Source: the human T2T-CHM13v2.0 reference genome, Homo sapiens. Taken from it: DNA of 64,000 nucleotides. A program made the position numbers and the translations under genes. Of this stretch, positions 12,281 through 28,277 are shown in pieces (within the stretch, counting starts at the first letter, position 1; each line of letters opens with the position of its first letter). The notes beneath the pieces are model-generated. The model was not told where the DNA came from. It searched no databases and saw nothing but the letters and a program-made list of their open reading frames with translations. The stretch lies in NCBI RefSeq assembly GCF_009914755.1, contig NC_060932.1. The stretch is one strand, 5' to 3'.

Positions 12281-15200
12281 TAGACTGAAAATAATTCACC
12301 TTTTCTGAATTTAGAAAAGGTGTCTCTACCTTTTGAGAGAGTTGCAAAAGTAATTGAGGAGGAGATGGAAAGAGTTTAGTTTTACCTGGCTTACTGCCAA
12401 GAGACTTTCCTAAACGGCCATCGGTGCAGCTTTTGAATTGCCTGGTTGGCTTTTTTTCCCCAGGAGTCCTGGCTACATGTTTGACTGATAAAAAGAAGTT
12501 ATTTTTCTCTTCTTTAGTAATTTCCACTGTTATATTTTCTTTTATATATATCAAGTGGAAGTGTAACTTCATATTGACTTCTGAAATCATGTGCTAGTTA
12601 AAAACTGGTAAAAATAATATGTTGCCACAGTCTCATTCTGATTTGTTTCCAATTACGTTTGAGGGAAATGGATTTGGGAGGGCCTGGAAGTCAACTTGAA
12701 GTAATAATTTCTCAAGGCTGGAGCCTGTGCTGCTCTCATTATTTCAGCAGCACACATGTGAGTATGCACACACGCACACTTCAGTGGGCATTTAATAAGC
12801 ATTACCCAGGCCACATGGACTCTAAAAGAAATGCAGTTAAGTTTTCAAAAATGTTGGCTGAGCAGTTTATTCAAAGGCAGCCTACCCGTGTCCTACAAAC
12901 ATCCCAGAAACACGTGTGTGGATGGGGCAGTTCCAGGATGGAATCTGTCTCCCCGTCTATTCCTCACTTCTAGTGTAGCTGTTACTCCTGAAAAGTCAGT
13001 TCAGTACTTCATTATTTTCTTTAAGAACACTTGCTTTATTTCTGATAGAGTGAAGTAGTAAGCACTGTTTAGCTCATCATTTAGAATGTCCCACCTGCAT
13101 GCATTGGTAGATGGCTGAGATTCTCCTGACATGGTTGTGTTAGTGTAGATTTCTTCTCTCCATCAGACAGTGGAGAGGTCACTAGTTCCTGCTGTACCAT
13201 TTCCTAATTCAAATTTTTGAATAAATTATTTTGAATTATGAGTTAATACATCTCTGTGACTGAAAATAAGCTGTTTTCTTTCTCTTCAAATTATATGAAG
13301 GTATGAAAAGGTGGTTTGAGGCATCTTTTGCTGTGATGATGAAGTGCTAGAAATAAAGTGAATTTCAGGCACCCCTGGTGGTCCTCAATGCTTAGGTTTC
13401 TTCTGAATCTGATTCAGGGGTCCTCTTTTTATTTTGAATAAAATAGTGGCTTACATATATTCCTGAAGCTGCAGTAATCTACATGACTTAGGCCCTGTTT
13501 GTTTTTAGAAAGTTGTTTCTGTTTTTTTGTTTTAAACAACAATATTGTCTCCTATAACCATGTGTTCAAAACTTTGAGATCAGGAGAGGCCACTGTTGAC
13601 TGTTTGAGGCTCTGCTAGCAGGCTTGAGCTAAGTGCAGTAGAAGTGTCTTCCAGCACACCCTTTCTGTCACACAGTCAGTGGCTTACTAACAACAGTAAT
13701 GCCTTGTATTTGAGGGAGCTTTTGGTTTTTAGAGTGCGGTTGAAACACTGTTTCCTTCTAGGTCCCTGAAACACCAACCCTGAGAGGTAGGAACTACTCA
13801 TGAGGAAGCTGACAAAGGTTAAAGTAACCTGGCTGAAGACTCAGACTAGTGAGCGTGAAGACCCCTGCTGAAAAACCAGGCCCTTCTCCCTCCACGGCAG
13901 CAACACTCTCCGTCACCCGCTTTACTGTACTGGAGGTTCACGTGTGTTACTGGGTAGGGGAGACAGAGAGTGGATCAGCTTCCATTCAAGCTGTGGGGCT
14001 GTTTCTTCTGCTTGGTTCTTACTGTCAGCATTGCTGTAGGGCAGAGTTTCCCAAAATGTGTTCCTTGGAACCATCAGTGTTGCTGGTAGATGTTTGGGTT
14101 GGGAGGAGGGGAGTGCTGATAGTTGTCATTGTCACATGCTCAGATACATTTGGGAAACACAGATTAAACATGTAGATATTTAACAATTTTTTTCATTGCA
14201 TCCTTCTTAGAGCCTTTTATATGGTAATGAACATGGTTCATCTCTAAAACTTAATGTTACTTTTTTGACTGGAACCCTTTTTTTTTTTAACAGCTCTTAG
14301 TATAAGTTGAGGAAAGCTACACAAGGTTACTAAGGGGAAAAAATCGCAGATAAAAAATGTGGGCAGAGTAATGGATTCTTATCACCTGTCTGGAGTGAGC
14401 AAGTTTGTTTTCTAGGACTTCCCATATTTTAAACATTGTATCTTTTAAAGGAAATCTATTATCAGAATAGAACTAAACAAAGAGAACAGCAGCCCGGAAG
14501 GCATGCCTGGCCAGCTCAGTCCTCCTCTCATAGAGAGTTCTTCATTCCCTTTCCCAAGCTGCTCTCTGGAAGGGGGAGCTGATGGCTGAGTGAGTCTTAA
14601 TGGTAAAGGCTGGATACGAGAGGTAGAAATGGAACTCATCGGATTCTTGCGGGTGTCTCTACTCTGGTTGAAATTAAACAAATCGCACCTCTTTTATTGT
14701 CCATTTCCCCCCGGGGATCCTGTGCCTTTCGCATGCCTGGAGTCTTTGACTTCAGATGGAAGTTCTTTTCCCCCAAGCTGCCCTGTTTCTTGGGTTTTGC
14801 TCACAGTCCCTTGGAAGCCTCTCTTATCTGAGCCAATCAAGCTCCTTCCATGCACTCAGCAGATATTCTCTGTGCTCTTCTAAGTCATTATCTGCGCTTT
14901 TCAGAATCTCCCATCCCGTTATCATTTGAACTGACTGGTTCTCCAAATCTCTAAGCTCTTTCACCACTTGGCCTGCAAAGTCATCAGCCAGTTCGCTTTT
15001 TGAAACACCTGTACCTTTCTTCTGTGACGATAATAGTTTGTCTTAAACCACCTTTAGGCAACTAAAGCAATGGCTCTGTTTTATTCATCCATACAAAGCT
15101 TTGTTCAGTTGAATGGGACAGAAGCTTAGGCATCATGAAAAAAAAAATCAAATGGGATTTGTGAATAGGGCCTTTTTGTTGTTTTTTGCTAACTGTCATA

Positions 15201-15367
15201 ATACTTGGCATTCCGTAACAGAGATTTTGGTTTAAAAAGTGAGATCACTTTACTTTTGACTTTACCTATTTAGGTAATACAGTATGCTTTGAGAGTCTTG
15301 GGATTTTTTCTTACAAGCAGTGACTATAAAAATAAGTCATAAAGTCACAAGTTAAAGACTTTTATTG

Positions 15368-15623
<256 letters not shown>

Positions 15624-16294
15624 TTAATTTTTACTTAAGGTGACGTTGATTGTTAAAAATTTTGCTGGCATCTTTAGAAAGGACCCTTTCTGCTTCATTG
15701 ATTAGAGCAGCTAAGAAAGACAGCCTGGGAGCAAGCCAAGCCCTCTGTTTGTAGCCAGGTCAAAGACATTGCTATGAACTGAACTTGGCAGAGGCAGAGG
15801 TTTGATAATCCTTAGCCCTGGAGATTTGGTGAATTTTCTTACTTCGATATTAGGATTTTCACCCAACCAAGTGATTTGTTTTTTGAATGAATTAATCTTA
15901 GAATTTTGCATTTATAAAGTCAAGAAGCTTTTGGATTTTGTCTTCTGATTCTCTGAATGCATACCCACTTTCTAGATGAGTATAATATTTGTCCTTTTTA
16001 AAAGTATTTGGAAACGTGAGGTGTTCATTTCTAGCGTCACCCTCCTTTATCACCACCTGCATTCTTCAGCAATGTTAAATCTCTCAGTCTGACACAGATG
16101 GGAAGCTTGCCCTGAATAAATACAGTAGATAAATGGTCTTTCTGTTCCTGGGAGGAATTCAGAGCACTTGTTATATTGACGTCACTAAAAACAAAATGCA
16201 ATCTTAAAAACATACATGCACTCGGATTTTAGTTTTAAACCCGTAAAAGTCTAATTTGAACGCATCTTCCCACTCATTTAAAAGTAGTAACAGC

Positions 16295-16582
16295 AGCTGA
16301 GCGCAGTGGCTCATGCCCGTAATCCCAGCACTTTGGGAAGCCTCGTGATCGGACGGATCACGAGGTCAGGAGTTCGAGATCAGCCTGGTCAACGTGGTGA
16401 AACCCCGTCTCTACTAAAAATACAAAAATTAGCCAGACGTGGTGGCAGGCGCCTGTAATCCCAGCTACTTGGCAGGAGAATCACTTGAAACCAGAAGGTG
16501 GAGGTGTTGCAGTGAGCTGAGATTGCGCTAGTGCACTCCAGCCTGGGCAAGAAGAGCGAAACTCCGTCTCAAAAAAAAAAAA
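16295..16582 (+). mobile_element. AluS
   Basis: Dimer, A tail, TSD aaagtagtaacag/aaggtagcaacag. Confidence 0.95.
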
Positions 16583-17448
16583 GGTAGCAACAGGCGAAGG
16601 GTTTGCTCCTTTTTACTTTGTAATACTGTTCGGATATTTTAAGTCAATATATGATGAAGCTACTTTTTGTGAATAAACAAAAGTTACTTTTCTGTGTAGG
16701 TTAACGGAAATATTTGAAATTTTAAGATCTGTATGTTTTAAATGTAATTTAAAATTTTATTTTTAAAAAATTGTAATTTAAAATTTTAATCGTGATAGAT
16801 TACCAGTGATTGAGCATTAATATTTTGGTTCATCTGAGCCCATTTCTAAAAATACCCCTTCACTGCCACTTCATAACGTTCTCACTTTTGAAGAGAAAAA
16901 TTAATGAAGAGAGTTATTCTGGTGACGACACCTGCTTAGCAACTAGCAAGTCCATTTTTTAAAACAGTTTACATTTGTTCAAATTTAAAAACATTCCTGA
17001 TCTTTGAATGTAGTTATCTTCTCACACAAATGCTATGTTGAGCAGCGTAGCTTTTACACACCCCAGTGGAATTATTTTGTCGCCTCTTTGAATCTGTTAC
17101 TAGATACTCATTGCAATATTTGTTTGAAGTTTATCTTGAGTTAAATCTGTACAGGTCATAAGGAATATACTAAGAGGCTCCTCAGTGACTCATGTTGTCA
17201 TGATTTGTTACAACAGCATTAAGTGTATTCATGTTGCTGCTTTGACAGAGATCCCTGAGGCAAAATGGTTTGTAAATTCACTATACTTTTGTTTTTCAAG
17301 TAAGGTCTTTTTTTTTTTCTGGCTATTGAAATTAATGACCTTTAATAATTAAAATTAAAACAAATGCCCCCGTTCCAGCGGACGTCTGTGTCCTTTCTTT
17401 AGCATTAATTCCTTAGAAGCTTTTTGGTAGAAAGGTAATGGTCTAGGT

Positions 17449-17673
17449 CAAGCTTGTCCAGCCCATGGCGGGTGGGCTGCATGCTGCCCAGGGCGGCTTT
17501 GAATGTGGCCCAACACAAATTCGTAAAGTCTTTTAAATGTTGTGAGATATTTTTGCAATTTTTTTTAAATAGCACATCAGCTGTCATTAGTGTTAGTGCA
17601 TTTTATGGATGGCCCAAGACAATTCTTCTTCTTCCAGCGTGGCCCTGGGAAGCCAAAAGATTGGACACCCCTG
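17449..17673. mobile_element. MER30-type hAT-Charlie MITE
   Basis: Imperfect TIRs caagcttgtcca.../...tggacacccctg, perfect 8-bp TSD GTCTAGGT (17441-48, 17674-81). Confidence 0.85.
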
Positions 17674-19810
17674 GTCTAGGTGAAAACATTTGGGCAAACT
17701 AAGCTCAGGAGCATAACTCTTGGCTCAGAAGAACTTGTCAATAATAATTTGGTTTGTAGACCAGTTAATTGAGCATTATGTAGATAATATGCTTGTTAAA
17801 ATAGTTTAGAGGATGCAGACACTAGGAGTTACAGACTTGGGGGCAGGAGCTCTTCAAGCTTACACTTCTTGAAGCACCTCAAGCGGAAGATCATGCTTTC
17901 GTCATCATGTGTATCTACCCCTAGCAGAGTGTTCGCGCATAGTAGGCACTCAGTAGATGTTAGCGAGGGTCAGAATGGCACGCCGGGAAACACGTTCATT
18001 TGGAGCAGGATCTAGCAAATCCATGGAAGTGGCAACAAGACAGTCTGGACAAGGGCTGAGGTGCAGTGTGCGGTCAGCTTCCACCTGGAAATGAAAGCTG
18101 CTTGACTGGGAGAGGTAAGGGGGCATCTCAGATAATGAGATGGTGTATTGTGTATACTCACACTAACTAACATAGTAAACATTATGAGCTAAGTAATTCA
18201 CACAGGTGACAGCTATGCCATGAGGAATACAATGTAGACTGCTGTTTATCACATCACAGCAATTAATCGTGTCCCTGAAGTAGTTCTTTTTTTCCTATTA
18301 CAGTCACCTATAGATACAACCATTTAATCTCAAGATGCTAAAAATACCTTTGCCAGAGTACCGGCGGCGTGTATGTGGTGTACCATCTGCAAGCCTTTCA
18401 TGAATTCCATTCCTGAGAGTATTTCTGTTTGTTGTAAACTGCTTTACTTCATCTGTTTCTCCCAGAACCACTCCTGAGTGATGGCGGGTGCCAGGCGCTC
18501 TTAACCATGGACTGTGAAGAAGAGGCACAGTCTGTCCCTTCAGGGAGCGCACAGCGTCACGGGGGAGGGACGGTCAATGATTTTGATGCGGTTTGGTTAA
18601 CTGTTGAGCTGGAGGCAAGGTGTGCACGTGGCCCCCGGGGCATCTCCCTCTCAGGTGGGTTCCTGCCCTCCTGGAGGAGGTGTTGTCCTTGCTAGTCCAT
18701 AAAGGACAAAAGGGTCAGTAAGAGAAGATGCAGGAGGATTTTCAAGCAGAAGTAGCAGTGGGTGCGGACGTGAAGTGGAAAGAGGGCAGAGAGGAACCTG
18801 CAGCTGCAGGCCCATCCAGCGCGGAGAGTGCAGGGAGAGCGAGGCCAGCGCATCTGCGGGGCCTGCTGTCATCCAATGAGAGGATAATTCTCTAGGTCTC
18901 TAAATAGCTGGACCTTTATCCAGAGACTCAGACTCCAATAGCTGATCGTAATACAGACAAGCTCCAGCGCTACCCTTGCTGGTCCTGAGCGGGAGAGAGG
19001 GGGCGGTCCTGGCCAGCACGGAGAGTTAAGAGTCTCATCACTGCCAGGTGTAACTGGCACCTCTGTGGAGAGACTGAGATGGGGCATGTTGTCCTGGGGG
19101 TCTCAGGGCCTTCAAAAGCTGCACGCTTCTTGTCAACCTGGAAGAGGGCAGGATGTCTCCCCGCTCCCAGGCAGGAACCGCGGCAGCACCACAGGCCAAA
19201 TGCGAGTCCTTTGCCTCGCGCAGTGCTGGAGAGAGGTTGCCGCCACCACCCTGGCGTCTCTTCCAGGGTTTATAGTTTGTAGTCAGACTCTCTCTAGAAA
19301 GCCAGGGGGCCAGCAGATCGCCCAAGCACATCAGCAGCCGCCACAAAGATGGGGGCTGGAGCTCCCCAAACCAAAATAACCCACCAGTCCTTTTAAAAGA
19401 ATATAGCTATGTTTCCAACTTTGCACTGAAGCCTAAATTCTAATTGTAGCTTCACAAGCAGGTTTCAACAGTCCCCTTTATTCTCAGTTGGAGTTTACCA
19501 GCTGGCATGCCACAAGTGGATTGTTGGTGGTCCGAGGGGTTGATCCCCTCAGCCCTCGTCACGGCCAGGAGCCTGGAGCAGCTGCCATCCCTAAGCTGGT
19601 CACTTCATACTGTGCCTGCAGTGACCCAAGGATGCTGTGTACTGAGCATTTGCGATGTGTGCTTCCACCGAGGAGGGACGGGAGTCACTAGAGGCTTCAG
19701 ATGCTTTAGCTGCAGCTGGATGTTGAAAAACAGAGTCTTGTTATGAATTAATTTTGACTTTTCTGGTGGGTGTTGAAAAATAAGCTGAGGATCTAAAAAG
19801 GGGGGATTTT

Positions 19811-20141
<331 letters not shown>

Positions 20142-21484
20142 TTAGACATCTGCAGGGAGTATAGACTGTTTGTTTTGCGTGTACTTGAGAGCTTCTGGGG
20201 CTTTGAAGTATGGGACGGGGCTGGTTGCTTTTGCATTTTAGAAAGATCCCTTTAGCAGCAGAGATAAAGCACTAAGAATGAAGAGGGCAAGGAGGGGCCA
20301 GACTGAGGCAGGCAGGTAGAGGTCGCTGTTCCAGAGGATGCCAGAGCCCGAGCCTGAGCCTCAGCCTGAGCTGCTCAGTGGTGGCAAGACCCAAAGAGAA
20401 AGGGGCAGCTTGGTGGAGTCATGTTGGGAGGTCGAGGCCCTGGGATTGGGGGCTGACAGTATGGACCAGTTGAGGGTCCGACAGCTTGGATGGATGGTGA
20501 CACGGCTCCTGGGAGAGGAGCGCACGGCAGGGCAGACGTGCAGATGGGAGCAGCTCTGGATGTGAAGCCTCTGCTGGCTCACCCTTGCTTCCTCCCCCTG
20601 GCTTGCCTGTCATCTCATCGCTCGTGCTGTTAACTTTTCCTCCACATCTGACCTGATGCTGTGAGGTCCTTCACTTCTTTCATGTACTCATCAGTGCATG
20701 TCAGAGCCCTCTCTGCCATCGAGTTGTGACTTCCTGAAAAGCCTCTTTTGTTCTCATTTGAACACTTTTTCTGTCATTTGCTGTGCTGGAAGACTTTTTT
20801 ATTCAGCCCCGTTAGATCGCTTACAGACACAAGCCGGTGGGGTGTAGTTGGGGAGGAACCTTGAGAGAAGCATGGGGACCTTCTGGAAGGGAAAGGGATG
20901 AGGAGGGAACCTGAGTCCTGAGAGTGAGTGCAGACGGCGCCTCCACCTGTGTCTTGTCGAGATGAGGGTCAGGACCTGCCGCTTGGCTGTGACAGCATCC
21001 TGGCCTCCTGAATGCAGTTGTCCTCACAGAGAGAGCACTCTGCCCTAGGCTTGTAGGGTTTTTTCGGTGTGAGTTTTTAATTTCAAATATTTTTAAATTA
21101 TAAAAGCAGTACCTGTCCACTCTAGAGAAACCATGACCTGTACATAGTACATTAGGAAGAAGGGGGAAAAATCCATGATCCAAACAGCCAGAGATAACCA
21201 CAGTGAAAAGCTGGGCACGTGGAGGTGTGTGTGTGTGGTCTCAGTGGTGTGTACCCTTCCTGTCTGTCTCAAAAGCAGGGTCATCGGATACGGACAATAC
21301 TGAACTTGAAAAACAATTGAACACGTTTTGTCTCTTTAGCAGCTTGCGTTTTTGGCTCTGCCACTGGGCCTGTGACATGTGTTGTTTATGGTCCCTGTGC
21401 TATTTGAGGACATTCCTAAAATGCTACTCCTCTGACCACTGCCCTGTCTACATTGCAAGGGAGCTCCCCTCTGGACAGAGGCTA

Positions 21485-21748
21485 AGATGAGTAAGTTCTG
21501 GAGACCTAGCATACAGTATGTTGACCACAGTTAATAAGAACACACTGTGTACTCGAAATTTGCTAATAGATTAGATCTTAGGTGTCCTCATCACTCCCAA
21601 AGGTAACTGTGAGAAGTGATGCATGTGTTAATTAGCTTGACTGTGGGGATCATTTTGCTATGTATATGTAGGTCAAAACATCACATGGCACACCTTAAAC
21701 ATAGAGTCTTCCTCTGTCACTTATACCTTATTACATCTGGAAAAAAAG
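21485..21748 (+). mobile_element. L1M (MA/MB) 3' end
   Basis: 'aagttctggagacctagcatacagtatg...gttaattagcttgactgtgg...ctggaaaaaaa'. Confidence 0.7.
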
Positions 21749-22409
21749 GATGCTCGTCCAGCATGGCTCCTCATCTCGCTGGCCCATCTTCTGTCTATGC
21801 AGGGTCCCCTCAGTTACACTGTAGTTACATGGTCAGTTACCGTCAGCCTTGGAGAAGGTGGGAGTCTTTTATTCCTGCTCCATGTTCTGTCTGCCTATGA
21901 GATGCCTGCTCATCCCGTGAGGGAAGGCGCTGCAGCAGGAGGGAAGGGGAGGCTGGCAGGAAGCCGGTACTGGGCTTGTCCCTTTCACGCTCCCACAAAG
22001 GGCTCTGCTCTTCAGTCCCCACCCCCACCCTCATCCTGCTTTTCCTGAGCTCCTCAGTTCTGGTATTACATAATATTCCTGTTAGGACCAGTTCCTGTTT
22101 TGCCAGGGAGAGGAATTGTGACTCTTTCAGGGAAAAACCCTGTTCTAACATTAGTAGCGGTCTCTGGCGGCCAATCCATGATCTCATAAGGGAAACCCAC
22201 CGCTTTGCTGTCTGAGTCAGCGCACAGATGGGGTCACCTTTCTGCCTTGGTTGGCTTCCTCTCAGCCTTGTTTTTCTGCAAGAGTCCACGATGATTTCTC
22301 CTAGGATAATGGAACTGCCAGGCTTCAGGTAGGCCACTTTCTGTGACCACTTTCACTTAGACACAGATGCCTTAGGTTACTTACTGTACTCCAGGAAGAA
22401 CTCTAATGA

Positions 22410-22742
<333 letters not shown>

Positions 22743-22749
22743 TACATTC

Positions 22750-23290
22750 ACTTTTTAAAACTGTTGCTTATGGAGAACTTTACATGTGTATAAAAGTAGA
22801 GAGAATAATAAAGGAGTCTGTCTGTGCCCAGTACCCAGCTTAACAATGATCAATTCGTGGCCAGCCTCATTCCAGCTGTACTCCCACCCCTCTTTCCCAT
22901 TACTGAAGCAATTCCTACACATCACATCATCCTATCTGTATGTATTATATATCTAAAAGATAAGGACTCCATAACACACAGTCACAGTACTGTTATCACA
23001 CCAAAAAACATTAACCACAGTTTCTCAGTATCATCAAATCCAGTCAATGTTCAAGTTTCCCCAGTTGTCTAATAACTTTTTACTTTGAATATGTATTTGA
23101 ATCTAACAAGGTCTGTATATTATAGATTAATTGATAATGTCTTTCAGACTTTCTTAACCAATAGGTTCTCATTCCTTCTCTCTTTTTTCTTTGCAGTTTA
23201 TTGTTGAAGTCACCTTGGATTCCTTGTCTTACAGAATTTCCCATGTCCTGAATTTTGTTGATTTCACCTTCCCAGTGGGCTTTAATGTAT
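22750..23290 (-). mobile_element. Old L1 (L1MC-like) 3' fragment
   Basis: 'cccagcttaacaatgatcaattcgtggccagcctc...atcaaatccagtcaatgttcaagtttcccc'. Confidence 0.55.
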
Positions 23291-23496
23291 TCACTTCGTA
23301 AAGAGACCGTACACTGACTCACTTTAACCACATAGATTACCATCCCTGCTGAATCCACATTTATCCTTAATTTCCCTTGTGTGGCTTTTTACCAAAAGGT
23401 AAATGGTTCTTGCCATCACATAGCTTACAGTGTAATCTGAAAGATAATAATATTGTAAACTCTTTCAAAATACTAATGTCAAATAGAAGATATGTC

Positions 23497-23887
<391 letters not shown>

Positions 23888-24189
23888 CTATTTATGCATT
23901 CATGAAAAATATTTTACAAAAATATAAAAATAACAGAGCTCATGGGAAAAATTGGGTAAGAGTCAAACTGTTAAAATGTATGTCGTTTTACAACCAGAAT
24001 ACTTGTTGCCTACCCCTCCACACACACAGTAATTGTTCCCTCATGAGATAATTCACTGAGATCGGGGGGCTACTTGGGAGTCTTAAAAATGTTCAAAGAC
24101 AGTCGAATAGACATGCTCCCCATTAGGGGTCCACAGTGGGGTGCAATCTGCCACTAGCTGAGGGCTGTCTGGGGAGAGGCGCTGGGTGC

Positions 24190-24430
24190 AAGTGCAGTTT
24201 GCAGGTTGGTTCCTGGGAGTTGGCCTGCAGAAAGTTCCTAGGAGTGCTTTCAGGACTGCTTTCTGGGGGAGCAAGAGGGAGGAAGCAAGATTACACAGGG
24301 AGAGGATTTGGCCTGCAGTATACACTGAAGTTTTCAGCTGACTCCACAGGGAGCTCTTCCCAACTGCCCCAGATCTTTGGAGGGGGCAGAGTCTTTGTGC
24401 CCCTGCATTGACCAGTCACAGGGTCCAACC
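24190..24430. mobile_element. ERVL LTR fragment (LTR16-like)
   Basis: 'cagctgactccacagggagctct...gtctttgtgcccctgcattgaccagtca'. Confidence 0.4.
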
Positions 24431-27400
24431 CTGTGGGGTGAGCCCTTCTGGGGCGTAGCTCACGCTTAATTTTCCTAAAGTAGGCTGGAGGGGTCCTGCC
24501 TATGCTGCAGCCACGCTGAGACTTGGGACTTTTTCTTTCTTTCTCAGGGTTATAGTTCTGCTCACACTGTCTTGGCTCCCCTTGCTTAGGAAATGTCACG
24601 TTTGAACCGTGCAACTCCCCACTTTTACTGGCACCATTCCCCTGTTTACCAAGACAGCCACGCTACTTGGTGTTGTAGAAAGAGCCAACCATGCAAGAGA
24701 ATAGGAAGGCCTCTTCACTTTTGTATTGGCTTCAGGAAGGTATTGATGCCGTTTATAGACCTAACTCTGATGCTCAATTATCAGGTTTGTCAGTCCCAAG
24801 AAATTCACCTAAAATGTAACGTCTCTTTAAATATATTGGCAAGGAAGTGAACAAATGATTAAGAATAATTTTTTAAGATAACAAGGCATTTTGAATCGAT
24901 GAAAATGTGAAAAATGAAGGATTATAAACCAAAGGCACTAGTGGATCCACATACAACCTGGATGTCCTCAGTGAGGAAAGTGACTGCCTCCCTTTTACTC
25001 ACCGTGGTCTAGCTCTGCGCTCGCCACATAAACTCCCTTAATCTGGTAGTGATATACGCAGTCCAGAATCTTTTCAGGTAGCTAATCCTTCCATCTTTAA
25101 TTTGATTTTCAGGGTAACAAACCTAAACACTTGTCTAGCTAAAGAGAAAAGAACTATTCTCAGTACACTATTTGTGTTCCATTAGAGTATGTAGTGTTTG
25201 TTCCTTACATGGAGTGGGGTCCTGTACACACGTATATGTTGGTATACATACACAAGCAACAGACCTCCACATACTGGGTACTTAAAAATCGGTCTTTCAA
25301 CACAAGTTAGTTCAGTGTTGTGAAAAGCATTTGTATTTAAGATCTTTCTTATTTGAGTTTGGGGTTTGAGAACTTTTGTTCTAGAGGAAAAAACAGCTTC
25401 AACCCCAGCTTATTGTTCAAACTGTCCCAGTGGGATTGCTATAATAAGAACTAATTGTAATTAGTACAACAAATGTTTGTATAAGTGAGTGCTATCCTAT
25501 TGCTTGAAGCTACCTGAAAGTGTTTTTTATAGTAATTTAAATAAACATTTTCCTGTGCCTTAGGAGTTCTTTGTAATTCAAACTGTTTATAATTAAGTCA
25601 TTTGGATAATTTATCACCGAAGCATGATTGGATGGAGTCTAAGAATCTTATCTTTTCGTAGACTGGTTCTAAAGTAAAGTATTAAAATAAGATTCTGATG
25701 GGTTAACTTGCTACGCCAATCCTTCCATAGAATAATGCAAGAAGCAGCTTAAACTTAGCTTGAAGTTAGTAGGATTTCCTTAATAGCTGTAAGTGTAGTT
25801 TAGAATATCTCTTGATGCTTATCTGTCTTTAAATTGTAATCTTATATAATTCCATTGGAACTACTTTGTAACAGCCAGAAATTTCTGTTTAAAACACAAT
25901 CTTGAACTAGCTTAAAACGTTATGGGAATTTTCTAAAAAGAAGTTTTTTTCCTTGGTAAGATTTAAATGATACGCTCTTTATGTTTATTAGGGATCAGAG
26001 TGCTGGTAGGTTTTTCTGTTTCTGAAGGTTCTGTTAATTCTTTTCTGAAGCCACCTGAGCCTCTAGGAAGTTCACTCAGAGTTTGCATGTCTTCGAACAG
26101 CGGGCAGTCTCTGCCAAAGAGCACGAGGCTGAAATGCTTTAGTCTTTGATTTGTCATCTGTTGTTCTTTGACAAGTTTATCTTTTCTGCATCAAAAAGGC
26201 TTGCTTTAAGCAAAGTACTAGCATTAATGACATCCCCCCTTCAGTCACCTCTGTCCCCTAACTTTAGTCCAGGCTCCTTTAATTCACGTTCTGACTCTTA
26301 AAATCACATGGAGGTTTTAAATTTTACCTGACTGGTTTTGAAGCATTTTGTGGGCCTGAACTCCAAATAGCTTTTTAACAAGTGCTTAAACTTACTTTAT
26401 GCCTTTCAGTAAACTAGGTTTTGTGAGGTTTATTTTTCTGCAAGCAGAAAAGCTAACTTAGGAAAGCTACTTTGCCTAAGTAAATCTGAACATTTCATGT
26501 CAGCACCCTTTCTAAAAGGAACATAGCTTTTATAGGAAATTGTTGAGTAGACTTTGGGAATCAGTGCAGTTAGTTTTCTTTTATTTCTAGGTAGCGCTGA
26601 AACTTGTAAGTAGAGTATCAGCTTTAAAATAATGTATCGAATTCCGATTCCCAAATTGTTAAAAGTTTTAGATTGGATTTGTGTGCCTGCTTACTTTGTG
26701 ATCCTAAGGAGAGCCACTTATAAATCTTCTAAAATGTGTGATGTGCTTTCTAAAGTAAAACAGTGATATTATTCATTTAGTTAAATCAGTCATTTCGTTT
26801 TAGATCAGCCTCCTCACTCTCATCCCCTGTGTCCTCCCTGCTATGGAGATCTGTGTGTTATTATACAGGCAGAAGCATGACTTTCACATTATTTTGTTTT
26901 TTAATGGACCTCAGATACTCTAAATTGGATTAATCATGATGCATGACACATTATCATCATTGGTCAGAGTTTAGTTTAGACTCTTTATAGGGATTCTTAC
27001 AAGGCTTTAACCACTGTTAGGCTCATACTGTGGAGGCACCTTCTTAACATTAGTGAATAAAATCAGCTGTCTTTGAGTTGAAGTTACAAGTGATTCATAA
27101 ACAGAGCCTACTTTCTAGTCATCTATGTCTTAAAATGTTAGGATCAGGCTTGAATTGACTCAGTGTCTTTACACAAGGCTATAGTCTTAGAATGACTCCC
27201 TTCAGGGTAATATCTCATTATTTCATAGTTCTGAGTAATAGTACTTTAATCATTTTCTTCCTGTTTCCCTCTCCCCTCCAATTCCTTTTCCTACTTAACT
27301 CAGATGTTTTTCTTGCTACCCAGTAGCATTATTGCATGACAGATGATTAAATGGGTAAGGTATAATCCCTGTTCACAACCTCATCAGGAAGTCTGGGACA

Positions 27401-28277
27401 TTCACAGTCAACTGGAGCAAAGGCCTTGAGTGCTGTGCCAGAGGACTGGGGGCATATGTGATGCAGCGCTGGATTCAGCTTGCAGAGATCAAGGAAGATA
27501 ACCTTTGTATGTGTCTTGAAGGAGCAGCAACTGGCAGGTTCAGAGGCTTTCCAGAGAGAAAAAAAGACCATATCTGCAAAGACACGGGTTCTTGAAAGCA
27601 CAGGTCCTTTTGGGGAACAACAAACACACTGATGGCTAGTCTGTAAGTGCTCCAGACACTTCTCCTTTCTGTGTTACTTTGAAACAAATCCATCCCAGAA
27701 ATCACTATTTCATCCACAGGTATTTTAGTACTTGAGTATTTATCTCTAAAGGTTAAGAGGTTCTTTTTTAAAATGTGTAACTCCAGTGCCATTATACTCT
27801 ATAAAAATTTATAGTAATTGCATACTATTAATAAGTGTTCAAAGCTCAATGTTCATAAATGTCATAAATTTCAGTTTTCTTTACATTTTCATGGAATTAA
27901 GATTCAAATAAGGGTCACACGTAACAATTGGTTGATATATCTTTTAAATTTCTTGCAATCTATGGAGTCTCCCTCCATATTTCTTTCTGTTCCTCTTTCA
28001 TTTTTAGAATGAAATTTGGAATGTGTGTTTCCCCTTATTAGTAGATTACTCTGAGGAACAGTGCATATAGGAAAGACAGAATAAATATTTATATCCTTTA
28101 TTTAGCAATTTCCAAATGAGGAGGTGCTCTAGCATTCTCCAAAGATGACTGGAGGGTTTTCCTTTTTTTATTATTCGTGAATTGAAATGTTTGACGTTTC
28201 AATGCATTGCAGCTATTATCTTTATTGGTGATCAAATTTTCCATTTCTACCCAGTGGGAGTCTGGCTCCTGAGTACT

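Noticed and set aside
20338-20372. PEPEPEPQPE-coding hexamer repeat
   Set aside because: Short simple repeat in decayed repeat-like context; no exon signals.
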